Origin: Mustelus asterias | Lineage: Eukaryota | Direction of reading: 5' to 3' | Assembly (NCBI RefSeq): GCF_964213995.1 | Contig: NC_135807.1 | Span: 73,718,001-73,782,000 of the forward strand | Length of the DNA stretch: 64,000 nucleotides | Part shown: piece by piece, positions 38,663 to 50,162 of the stretch | Layout of the letters: each line of letters opens with the position of its first letter | Numbering within the stretch: the stretch's first letter is position 1 | Notes under the pieces: model-generated | Told to the model about the DNA's origin: nothing | What the model saw: the letters and a program-made list of their open reading frames with translations, nothing else | The model's database searches: none | Translations under genes and position numbers: made by a program

Positions 38663-40489
38663 ACACACGTTTTCAAAAAAACAATTTTTCCACAATTTCA
38701 TAACTTCCTTAAAGTAATATACGAATAGTAACACTGCAGTAACAGTAAATTTAGGGTGTGTAAATAAAACATATAAACTTTGTTATTGTGCAGGATAAGG
38801 AAAAATAGGCTAAAATTTGCAAATACTTTACAATAACAGGGAAAAGGGGAATATCTTTATATAGCAAGGTGCTTAGCGAGATGTTCTGTGAACAGTGCCA
38901 CCACATGGTAAAATTCTGCATATGTAATAATTGAATAAAGAAATATTTTTCGAGGGAACAACAATATGTTCACAGTACATATCATCTTAAATTATGTTTT
39001 GGAATTACAATACAACCATCTATTCAATTTGAAGTAATAAGAAAATGTTTGAACAGTTAAATACGAATTGAAAAGCCCATTATCCATTTATATTGCCCAT
39101 TAGTCTATCTTCCCCTTTCAGATGTCAACTGATCTACTGTATAGTTTCAGCATTGTCTGTGCTTTTAATCCATTAATATCTGCTGTATTCCTTTTTGTAA
39201 CCACGTAATGGCTGTAAATCATTAGTGATGATGTGGAGATGCCGGCGTTGGACTGGGGTAAACTACAGTAAGAAGTCTCACAACACCAGGTTAAAGTCCA
39301 ACAGGTTTATTTGGTAGCAAAAGCCACTAGCTTTCGTGCTGAGTTTCTGGAGTAAGTCCGTAGTGTTGTGACAAAAGCTTTGTACAATGGGTTTCAGGAT
39401 GCCCTCAACGTAGCCAGAGAGGTTCTCGCACAGGGTCCCATTGCCCGATATGATGGGACAGCCGGGTGTGTTTGCCTTGTGTGTCTTCGGGAGACAGCAG
39501 AGATCTCCAACGCGGGGAGTACGTGGGATGAGAGCACGGAGGGTGCTCTGAAGGTCCAGATCAAAGGTCTTGATCAGTCTGTGCAACTTCCTACAGAAAC
39601 TCAGCACACATGGAGCAGTTGAACCAGGAGGTTAACCGCACGAACTCCTCGTCACAATGGATGTCTCTACACCAACATCCCCCACAACAATGGCATTGCT
39701 GCAACTGCCTCAGTACTCAACGCCGACAACTGCCAGTCTCCAGATGCAATTTTACAACTCATCCGCTTCATGCTGGACCACAATGTCTTCACCTTCAACA
39801 ACCAGTTCTTCATCCAGACACACAGAACAGCCATGGGGACCAAATATGATGGCATTTTCTTCCTTTGGACTCATGGTGAACAATCACTGAAACAACTATA
39901 TGATGACATCAACAAGTTCCATCCCACCATCAGACTCACCATGGACTACTCTCCGGAATCGGTTGCATTCTTGGACACACGCATCTCCATCAAGGATGGT
40001 CGCCTCAGCACCTCACTGTACCGCAAGCCCACGGATCCATCCCCTACGGACAAGCCCTCCGTATACACAGGATCTGCTCGGATGAGGAGGATCGCAACAG
40101 ATACTTCCAGACGCTGAAAGATATCTTCATAAGAACAGGATATGGCGCTCGACTCATCAATCGACAGTTCTGACGCACCACAGCGAAAAACCGTACCGAC
40201 CTCCTCAGAAGACAAACACGGGACACGGTGGACAAGGTACCCTTCGTCGTTCAGTACTTCCCCGGAGCGGAGCAGCTACGACATCTTCTCCGGAGCCTTC
40301 AACATGTCATTGATGAAGACGAACATCTCGCCAAGGCCATCCCCACACCCCCACTTCTTGCCTTCAAACAACCGCACAACCTCAAACAGACCATTGTCCG
40401 CAGCAAACTACCCAGCCTTCAGGAGAACAGTGACTACGACATCACACAACCCTGCCACAGCAACCTCTGCAAGATATGCCGGATCATCG

Positions 40490-40846
40490 AACACCATCCA
40501 CCAGGTACACGGTACATACACTTGCAACTCGGCCAACGTTGTCTACCTGATACGCTGCAGGAAAGGATATCCCGAGACATGGTACATTGGGGAGACTATG
40601 CAGACGCTACGACAATGGATGAATGAACACCGCACGACAATCACCAGGCAAGAGTGTTCTCTTCCTGTTGGGGAACACTTCAGCGGTCACGGGCATTCGG
40701 CCTCTGATCTTCGGGTAAGCGTTCTCCAAGGCAGCCTTCACAATACACGACTGCGCAGAGTCGCTGAGCAGAGACTGATAGCCAAGTTCCGCACACATGA
40801 GGACGGCCTCAGCCGGGATCTTGGGTTCATGTCACACTATCTGTAA
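40490..40846 (+). pseudogene. GIY-YIG endonuclease domain of the Penelope ORF
   Basis: YTCNSANVVYLIRC..WYIGET..LRQWMNEH..VGEHF..AEQRLIAKF..GLS; upstream frameshifts. Confidence 0.88.
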
Positions 40847-40999
40847 CCCCCATGATTTGCCTGGGCTTGCAAAATCTCACTAACTGTCCTGGCTGGAGAC
40901 AATACACATCTCTTTAACCTGTGCTTAACCCTCTCTCCACTCACATTGCCTGTACCTTTAAGACTTGATTATGCCCTGTTTGTGAACTGAAATCCCACT

Positions 41000-41034
41000 C
41001 ACCTGATGAAGGAGCAGCGCTTCGAAAGCTAGTG
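41000..41034 (+). ncRNA. Minimal hammerhead ribozyme motif in the 3' pseudo-LTR
   Basis: CAC-CTGATGA-A-GGAGC(AGC)GCTTC-GAAA-GCTA-GTG. Confidence 0.75.
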
Positions 41035-41325
41035 GCTTTTGCTGCCAAATAAACCTGTTGGACTTTAACCTGGTGTTGTGAGACTTCTTACAATCATTAG
41101 TGACCCATTGAGGAAGAATTCTGGTGATGCTTTGCAAACTTACATTGATTCCCTGATGGCAAGCAGCACCATGGGCTGCCTTCCACACAGCCCACGTGGC
41201 ATTCCTCACTGGCATTAATGAAGAATATAGCTTGGGCTGTGTACGCAGTGGTCTGATGCACTGCCTGTCCTTGAGAAATTGATCAGAAATGCCGCAGCGC
41301 GGTCAAAGTTCTCCCCCATAATCTT

Positions 41326-43708
41326 GGGTGGAATTTTCTGGTCTTGCTGGTGGCAGACATCATGGTGGGTGGAACTGGAAAATTTGGAGCTTTGCCAAAA
41401 GCCAGTTTTCAGCCAGCGTGAAAATTATTTTGCAATTTTCTGCTCCTGAATTTCATGTTGGCTCGAATTGCCCGCCCCACCATGTTGGGAACTGGAACTG
41501 GATTTTCCTGCCTTTGCATCTGGCGAATACTCATTAAAAACCCAGCTCACTGGAATCACACTCCCAGTCTAAACCAAATGACCACGCCGGCAGCTAATAA
41601 GACTGGCGTGAATCACAACCAGATATAACAGACATGCACCTGGAAAACTGCTTCTCACTTGCTATTTTGAATTTGTGTATGCAACATTCACCTAGCTTTC
41701 ACTGCGCTTCACTCACGACTGCTGTGATGTGGTGCCAAGGATAATCAGACAAGACCAGTGGGAAGATGGGGGGTGTTTGTAAGGGAAGATGATGGGGGGG
41801 AGGGTTTGTAAGGCATTCTCTTGACTGGGGGAGGGTGGGTGTTGTTTAGACAAGACAGAGGCAAGGATGGTACTGGAAGGCACATTCTTGACAGGGTGGG
41901 GCGGGGGGGGGGGGGGGGGGGGGGGGTGGTGGGGGGGGGAATTGTTGTGGAGGGGCCAAGACAGAGGAAACTAGTCTCATAACGGAAGCAGAGCAGCACC
42001 ATTTCAACAGCGCGCGGAATGACACAATTAAAAAATAACCTAGGTCAAAAATCACCAGGGGCAGAGTCAGCATATTCAGGGCAGTATGCTTGGTGTTAGA
42101 AGGCACCTCAAGGTGGACAATCGTCTATCACAGGTTCTCTTGCCTTAATGCCTGCGGTCTGAACTGAATCCAGACTGCAGCATCACTCCACAGGCCATCC
42201 CTCATGCAAGAATAATGTCCTGGTCCCATCCTCTTACTGGCATGTTGGTGCAACAAGATTAGACAGAACATGGATGATTCCTCCATCCTCCATTATAATC
42301 TGCAGACATTCTCTGACAGCCCTTCCTACTCTGCCCCTGCCTGCCTTTGGAGCTCCAACATCTTTTTCAGGGCTGAATCCAGAGGCTTGTCATTCGACTC
42401 GGACTCAGCAGGATCCTGGCCTCCAGCAGTCCCCTGAGTGTCACTGCATCTGTCTGCTGTGGACCCGAATCTGTGCTGCGTTCACCAGATGTTGTCCCCA
42501 AGCCTGCTCTAAAACTAAGACCCACTGAGGTGCGTGTCTCTGAGCTGGTGGAGGGTACTGGAGAAAGCAGTGACAGCTCGACATCTAGTGGTCCTCAGGA
42601 TCCTTATCCAAGGCGGCATGGGGACTGCGGCTGATGGGCTGTCTGGTGGTGGGCTTCCCTCTTTTCTTCTGGTGGCTGTAATAGAGAGAAGAGATCATTA
42701 GTGATTGGCTGGATAGTCACCTATATTAAAGAGAACTCACAGTTTTGGCGGGTGGGTTCAGACTGGTGGATACAGCCTCACCGGCTTGTTAGGAGACACC
42801 AATCTTGCCTTCAGCGCAGGAATGGTCCCTGTCCTTGCCAGCCAGTTCTGCCACCAACTCCTCAAAATAGGTGACTGCTTTGAGCTCAGGCATTTCCCCC
42901 TCTGGTCTGGGATGTCTACCTGCTGTTGTGAATGATCTTGTCCTACATAAAGAGAGATGGACAGACTGTGAGCAGGACGGATGCCAAAGCAGGTGATAAG
43001 CATGCCTGACTTCTGTGTGTGCTGAGTGGATCTATATTAGGGCTGGAGATGTGACTTGTGCAGGACGTGACAGAGATGAAGATGTAAAAGTGTGTGTGAG
43101 AGAGTCAGTGATGATGGCCCTTGTGCTGGTAGATTATGTGAGATCTCTGTGGACTGTAGGGATGGCTTTGTGAGAGTTGGGAGTGAGGAGAAGGTTGACA
43201 CGCCCTGGCAGAGCGACTGAGATCATTCATCCTCTTTCTGCACTGGATAGCAGTCCTCTTCTGAGAAGCGCAGTTGCTGACCACGTTGACGACCCATGCC
43301 AAGCCTTAATAATGAGGTTGGTGGTCTGCCGGTCTCCCATCTTGGGTGTAAAGGACCTCCTGCTTGTCCTCGACTGCCTGGAGGAGTGCCGCCAGTGCCT
43401 TGCTGCTGAATTTGAGCACAGAGCACCTGTCTCTTCTTGGGGCCCTCACTGGTCATGGCAAGTCCTTGGTGCAGAGACTGAATGTGTGCCATTTAAATAT
43501 GGTGCCAGTAAATATGAGCTGGTGAGGTAGTGACAGGGTGGATGAATCCCAGCTCAACCTGCCACGAGATATGACTTGCTGATCATTTATGCATACATAA
43601 TGAGGTGAAAAGCAGACAACCTGCGCAGAAACCCACCATGCTGCAGGGTCCACTACATCTTTCCTGCACACCACCGCACTTAGTCCCGAGAGCAGAAAAT
43701 TCCAACCC
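41326..43708 (-). mobile_element. Non-autonomous Harbinger/PIF element carrying a decayed Myb/SANT gene
   Basis: TIRs GGGTGGAATTTTCTG / CAGAAAATTCCAACCC; AWVVNVVSNCASQKRTAIQCRKRMNDL (Myb/SANT trihelix-like) at ~43220-43300; second exon after an acceptor at 42942. Confidence 0.75.
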
Positions 43709-43849
43709 ATATGATCACATTTGACACTATATTGTATTGATAGCCCAACTTACAAAGAAATACAGATTGTATTTTTTATTTTCCAGCAATACCTTCAATA
43801 AACATGGATTTGTCCCTCACTTTGTTTTTAGATTTTTCATTGTTGCTTC

Positions 43850-45700
43850 TGTTCACCATGACATGGAGTATACAGGCTCGCAGAGAAACAGGCCATTCAG
43901 TCTGTGCTGCCATTTATACTCCACTGGAGCCTCCACCTATCCTTCCTCATTATCTTTTATCAGCATTACCCTCCATTTCCTTCTCCTTTGTATGCCTCTC
44001 TTCCTCCTATTAAATGTATCTGTACTATATGCCTCAAACAGTTCTGAGATCCACATTCTTATCATTACGAGGAGGCAGTGTCACAGTCCAGAACAAGATC
44101 TGAGGACCCCTAGGTTCAAATCCCGCCATGGCAGATGGTGAAATTTAAATTCAATAAAAAATCTGGAATTGAAAGCCTAATGATGACAATTGTTGTTAAA
44201 AACCCATCTGGTTCACTAATGCCCTTTAGGGGAGGAAATCTGTCATCCTGACCTGGTCCGGCCTACATGTGACTCCAGATCCACAGAAATGCTGGCCCAG
44301 CCAGCAATGCTCATGTCCTGTAAATACAAATTTTAAAAAATGGTTTTAATGGCCTCTAGTTCTGCTCTTACCCAGAAATGGATATGCATGGTGTGTTTGC
44401 TCTACAAAAACCTTTCAAAGTTTTAAACACCTCTATTAGATCACTCCTCAGGCTTCTCATTTCATTCAGTAATACTGTGGCCAAACTATACACAATACTC
44501 CAAGTGTGGCCTAATCAAGGTTCAATGTAAGAAATCACTATAGAAATTAACCCTAGTTCTTGGTTTGTTGCTATTTTAGTGATTTTTACTCCCGGATCGC
44601 TTTGCTCTTCAACACCATTTGGAATCTTAGTTTCCAAGTACTATGTACCTTATTTTTCTTACCAAAATGTAATATCTCATATTTATCTGTGTTGAAATTT
44701 ATTTGCCAATTATATGCCCATTCTGCAAGTTTATCAATGCCTTGTAAGTTGTTGCAGTCCTCCTCACTTTTGAGTATCCAGAAAATAACAATGTCACAAG
44801 CAAATTGAGTAGTTGTGTTTTTGATTTTAAAATTCCAAATGGTTAATGTAAATTGCGACCTACAGTTGTTCCAGCATTGATCCTTGTGGGACCCTTGACC
44901 TTCCATCTGCCGCCACTCTGAATAGATACCTTTTATCCTTACACTCTGCTCTCTGTCTTGCCCAGCCAGCTAGCTATCTATTCTGCTTATAATTCCACAT
45001 GTTTGGACTTTGTTCATTAGTCTATTATGTGGCAGTGTATTAAAGACCTTTTAGACATCTCAATAAATTACACCTATTGCATTAATCTTGTCTACTCTCT
45101 CTGTTACTTTGTCAAAGAATTCAATTAAATTTGGTCAAGCAAGACTTTGCTTTGTGAAATCAATGCTGACCATCCATTATAATGCTATTATCTTTCCTAC
45201 TATTGATGTTAAACTGACTCACCTATTGTTCCCTCAATATCTTCTATCTCCCTTTTTTAAATACAGGTGTAATGTTAGCTATTTGCATGTCCTCTGGTAT
45301 TCCACCTTTTGCTAACAAAATATTAAATATGTGCCTCAGCCTTAATTTCTCTCGGTTTTTTAAATGTACAAATGCAATTCATCTAGACCAGGGGTTTTAT
45401 CCTTTCAGAATTTGATTAATTTATTCAATATTTCCCCTCATTATTTTAAATGTGGTTATATCATTTCTATAAATACTAAAGTAATTATTTAATATTCTGC
45501 CATTTTGCTATTGCTGTAATTTTATCCTGTCCATTCTTTAGCTCTATTCTTATCCTGCCTTTCCCTTCTTTTAATTCATACACCTGTAGAATATTATATT
45601 ATTTGCTTAACGTTCCTTGATAATTTAATGTCATAGTTCCTCTCTTGCTTCCTGTTTTTGACTTCTCTTAATTTATTTTTTATTTCTTCCTGCTGACATA
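43850..45700 (-). mobile_element. Old CR1 remnant, interrupted by a SINE at 44085-44340 and continuing past the young CR1 to ~47550
   Basis: EEDCNNLQGIDKLAEWAYNWQINFNTDKYEILHFG (44586-44906). Confidence 0.8.
44085..44340 (+). mobile_element. tRNA-head SINE with LINE-B tail
   Basis: B box GGTTCAAATCCC; AAAACCCATCTGGTTCACTAATG core. Confidence 0.7.
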
Positions 45701-45709
45701 CTTAGTGCA

Positions 45710-47177
45710 TAGAACATAGAACATTACAGCACAGTACAGGCCCTTCGGCCCTCGATGTTGCGCCGACCAGTGAAACCAATCTAAAGCCCATCTAACCTAC
45801 ACTATTCCAATATCATCCATATGTTTAACCAATGACCATTTAAATGCCCTTAACGTTGGCGAGTCCACTACTGTTGCAGGCAGGGCATTCCACACCCTTA
45901 TTACTCTCTGAGTAAAGAACCTACCTCTGACATCTGTCCTTTATCTATCACCCCTCAATTTAAAGCTATGTCCCCTCGTGCTAGCCATCATCATCCGAGG
46001 AAAAAGGCTCTCACTGCCCACCCTATCTAATCCTCTGATCATCTTGTATGCCTCTATTAAGTCACCTCTTAACCTTCTTCTCTCTAATGAAAACAGCCTC
46101 AAGTTCCTCAGCCTTTCCTCATAAGACCTTCCCACCATACCAGGCAACATCCTGGTAAATCTCCTCTGCACCCTTTCCAATGCTTCCCCATCCTTCCTAT
46201 AATGCGGCGACCAGAACTGTACGCAATACTCCAAGTGCAGCCGCACCAGAGTTTTGTACAGCTGCAACATGACCTCATGGCTCCGAAACTCAATCCCTCT
46301 ACCAATAAAAGCTAACACACCGTACGCCTTCTTAACAACCCTATCAACCTGGGTACCAACTTTCAGGGATCTATGCACATGGACACTGAGATCTCCCTCT
46401 GCTCATCCACACTACCAAATATTTTACCATTAGCCCAGTACTCTGTATTCCTGTTACTCCTTCCAAAGTGAATCACCTCACACTTTTCCGCATTAAACTC
46501 CATTTGCCACCTCTCAGCCCATCTCTGCAGCTTATGTATGTCCTTCTGTAACCTGCAACATCCTTCCACACTGTCCACAACTCCACCGACTTTAGTGTCA
46601 TCCGCAAATTTACTAACCCATCCTTCTACGCCCTCATCCAGGTCATTTATAAAAATGACAAACAGCAGTGGCCCCAAAACAGATCCTTGCAGTACACCAC
46701 TAGTAACTGAACTCCAGGATGAACATTTCCCATCAACCACCACCCTCTGTCTTCTTACAGCTAGCCAATTTCTGATCCAAACCGCTAAATCACCCTCAAT
46801 CCCATGCATCCATATTTTCTGCAATAGCTTACCATGGGGAACCTTATCAAATGCTTTACTGAAATCCATATACACCACATCAACTGCTTTACCCTCATCC
46901 ACCTCTTTGGTCACCTTCTCAAAGAACTCAATAAGGTTTGTGAGGCACGGCCTACCCTTCACAAAACCGTGTTGACTATCCCTAATCAAATTATTCCTTT
47001 CTAGATGACTATCAATCCTATCTCTTATAATCCTTTCCAAAACTTTGCTCATAACAGAAGTAAGGCTCACTGGTCTATAATTACCAGGGTTGTCTCTACT
47101 CCCCTTCTTGAACAAGGGGACAACATTTGCTATCCTCCAGTCTTCTGGCACTATTCCTGTCGACAATGATGACATAA
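45710..47177 (-). mobile_element. Young 5'-truncated CR1 LINE with near-intact RT
   Basis: NYRPVSLTS..QHGF..DFSKAFDKV..QGSVLGPLLF..KFADD (ORF 46363-47229), one frameshift to 45941-46378; (ATAGAAC)n tail; TAGTGCA TSD at 45703-45709 and 47178-47184. Confidence 0.95.
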
Positions 47178-47628
47178 TAGTGCACATCTCTTTCCTTACC
47201 CTCAGTTTTTCCTTTACATCTTTATTCATCCAAGATGTCTAATGTTTGTTTAATTTGGTTTATTTTCTCCAGACCCTGTTGAACAGCACTTTAAATGTTT
47301 CCCTACATGATTGTTTGCCAAAATTGTTATTCATTTTACTTTCTCACTTTTATTCTCAGCAACTCAAAATCAACTTTCCTCCCATCTATTACCAATCTTT
47401 GCCATGCTTATGTCCTTCTCAATTATTATCTTAAAGCATATTATAATCACTATTATCTAGATGCTCCCCCACCTTTACCACTATTATTTGCTCTGGATTA
47501 GTCTCCATTACAAAATAAATAGTGAATTCTCTCTTGTTAATAATCTTAGGTAAAAAGAGAAAATGTTGGAAATACTCAGCTGATTAGGCAGCATTGATGG
47601 AGAGAGAAACAGAATTAATCTTTCAGAT

Positions 47629-48459
47629 CAAAGAACAAAGAACAAAGAACAATACAGCACAGGAACAGGCCCTTCGGCCCTCCAAGCCCGCGCCGCTCCC
47701 TGGTCCAAACTAGACCATTCTTTTGTATCCCTCCATTCCCACTCCGTCCATGTGGCTATCTAGATAAGTCTTAAATGTTCCCAGTGTGTCTGCCTCCACC
47801 ACCTTGCCCGGCAGCGCATTCCAGGCCCCCACCACCCTCTGTGTAAAATACGCCCTTCTGATATTCGTGTTAAACCTCCCCCCCCGCTCACCTTGAACCT
47901 ATGACCTCTCGTGAACGTCACTACCGACCTGGGAAAAAGCTTCCCACCGTTCACCCTATCTATGCCTTTCATAATTTTATACACCTCTATTAGGTCACCC
48001 CTCATCCTCCATCTTTCCAGTGAGAACAACCCCAGTTTACCCAATCTCTCCTCATAACTAAGCCCTTCCATACCAGGCAACATCCTGGTAAACCTCCTCT
48101 GCACTCTCTCTAAAGCCGCCACGTCCTTCTGGTAGTGTGGCGACCAGAACTGGGCGCAGTACTCCAAATGCGGCCAAACCAACGTTCTATACAACTGCAA
48201 CATCAGACCCCAACTTTTATACTCTATGCCCCGTCCTATAAAGGCAAGCATGCCATATGCCTTATTCACTACCTTCTCCACCTGTGACGTCACCTTCAAG
48301 GATCTGTGGACTTGCACACCCAGGTCCCTCTGCGTATCTACACCCTTTATGGTTCTGCTATTTATCGTATAGCTCCCCCCTACGTTAGTTCTACCAAAAT
48401 GCATCACTTCGCATTTATCTGGATTGAACTCCATCTGCCATTTCTTTGCCCAAATTTCT
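47629..48459 (-). mobile_element. Young 5'-truncated CR1 LINE
   Basis: WAKKWQMEFNPDKCEVMHFG..RDLGV..PHLEYC..; (AAAGAAC)n tail. Confidence 0.95.
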
Positions 48460-48734
48460 GACATTTCATCAGAACTGGGAAAAGTTAAGTATGTAATAGA
48501 TTTTGCATAGGCTGACTTTCTCAGCTTGCTGGACTGTTCCAGTGAATTTCAACATAAGCTTAAAGAACAATACCTCATCTTTCGATTAGATCTTTTAGAC
48601 TCAACATTAATCTTGTAAGACCAACTCTTCTGTGATTTAATCTCCCCTGTCTTCCACGATATCACAGCAGCCCCCACCCCATGTCCTTGTCCCTCACGCC
48701 TCGTGCTCAAATCCTATTATATTTGAACATTTTC

Positions 48735-48773
48735 CAGTTCTGATGAAAGGTCATCTACCTGAAATATTAACTC
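48735..48773 (+). ncRNA. Degenerate hammerhead ribozyme motif (PLE family 2)
   Basis: AGTT-CTGATGA-A-AGGT(CATCT)ACCT-GAAA-TATT-AACT. Confidence 0.55.
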
Positions 48774-48939
48774 TGTTTCTGTCTCCACAGGTACTGCCTG
48801 ACCTGCTGAGCTTTTCACAATTTGCTGTTTCTATTTCAGTTTTCCAGCATCCACAGTAGTCTGCTTCTCAATTTTTGATTTTCTTAGGTACTGGGTTAGA
48901 AAGCAGTCTTACACACATTGCAGGGTTTTTTAAAAAATC

Positions 48940-49330
48940 GATCATGGGATGTAGGTGTAGCTGATTAAGCCAGTATTTGTTGCACATCACTCATGGCTAT
49001 TGAGAAGGTGGTTGTGAGCTGCCTTCTTTAACCACTGCAATCGATGTGGTGAGTACATCTACATTCCTGTTGGGAAGGGAGTTCCAGGATTTTGATCCAG
49101 CAACAGTAAAGGAACAGTGATATTATTCCAAGTCAGGATGGTGTGTCATTTTGGGGGCAACTTGCAGGCATTGGTTTTTCCGTTCATCTACTTCCCTTGT
49201 TCATTTATGTGGTAGAGTTTGCGAGTTTGAAAAGTGCTGTCGATAGAGGCCTTGGTGAGTTGCTGCAATGCATCTTGTAAATGGTACACACCACTGCCAC
49301 TGTGTCAGTGGTGGAGGGAGTGAATGTGTC
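48940..49330 (-). mobile_element. LINE family B 3' fragment
   Basis: Matches 2000-2350. Confidence 0.8.
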
Positions 49331-49614
49331 TTCTACTATCCTACCTGGTAAATAAAGTCACAATCATTAGAGTTTTACAGCACAGAAAGAGATCCTTTGG
49401 CCCTTTGTGGTTGTGCCAGCCATCGAGCACCTACCTATTCTAATCTCATTTTCCAGCACTTGGTTGGTAGCCTTGTTTGCTATGGCATTTCAAATGCTCA
49501 TTTATATGTTTCTTAACGTTTATCACAATTTGAATGAAAAAACATTTTGCCACCAGTAACATACCCAAATTTCTGTGTGCAAGCCTTGACATTATATTTA
49601 ATAATCTATTTGGT

Positions 49615-49905
49615 TTAAAGTTTATTTATTAGTGTCACCAATTGGCTTAAAATAACACTGCAGTGAAGTTACTGTGGAAATCCCCGGGTTGCCACACTCC
49701 AGCGCCTGTTCAGGTACACAGGAGTATTTAGCATGGCCAATGCACCTAACCAGCACATCTTTTGGATTGTGGGAGGAAACCGGAGCACCCGGAGGAAACC
49801 CATGCAGACACAGGGAGAACGTGCACACTCCACACAGACAGTGACCTGAGGCCGGAACCAAACCTAGGTCCCTGGCACTGTGAGGTAGCAGTGCTAACCA
49901 CTGTG
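49615..49905 (-). mobile_element. V-domain SINE with a different 3' tail from HE1
   Basis: tRNA head and V-domain, tail ..GTGACACTAATAAATAAACTTTAA shared with 38407-38596. Confidence 0.85.
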
Positions 49906-49964
49906 AATGATGCATCATAGGCAAGAACTAATCTAACTAACTAATAAGAAAGATGCACTTTCAC

Positions 49965-50162
49965 AGATTTCATTAGCGAAGACAAAAAGTATTTATTAAT
50001 AAGAATTGTACAGCAGCCGCATGGTTGTAGCTGGCTCCCAAAATGTCTGGCTAGAAGCCTCTCTCATCATGGGGTGATTCCACACTCTGAGTCCTGATTG
50101 GTCACCCAGGCCATGTGATTCTTACTCTGCTGTGTTGCCCTTAAAGGGGCAATCGCATCATA
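49965..50162 (-). mobile_element. Possible short solo LTR
   Basis: Minus-strand AATAAA near 50000, CCAAT box, CCCTTAAAGGGG motif near the end; termini decayed. Confidence 0.35.

Larger units (their letters stand above)
39229..41091 (+). mobile_element. Penelope-like retroelement, internally deleted, with inverted 5' pseudo-LTR and an inverted RT segment
   Basis: RT pieces (IISGNGTLCENLS on minus strand; HNVFTFNNQFFIQTH..AMGTK..FLDT..LYRKPTD), GIY-YIG domain, 3' pseudo-LTR; 12-bp TSD AATCATTAGTGA at 39217-39228 and 41092-41103. Confidence 0.93.
47555..48865. mobile_element. Penelope-like family 2 remnant with inverted pseudo-LTRs, split by the CR1 at 47629-48459
   Basis: HKLKEQYLIFRL (GIY-YIG C-terminus) near 48553-48590; left arm 47555-47630 plus 48460-48500 is the reverse complement of right arm 48715-48865. 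Confidence 0.7.

Noticed and set aside
46363-47229. 288-aa reverse transcriptase ORF as a retron, DGR or domesticated gene
   Set aside because: Typical CR1 ORF2: 5'-truncated, frameshifted, with a microsatellite tail and TSD.
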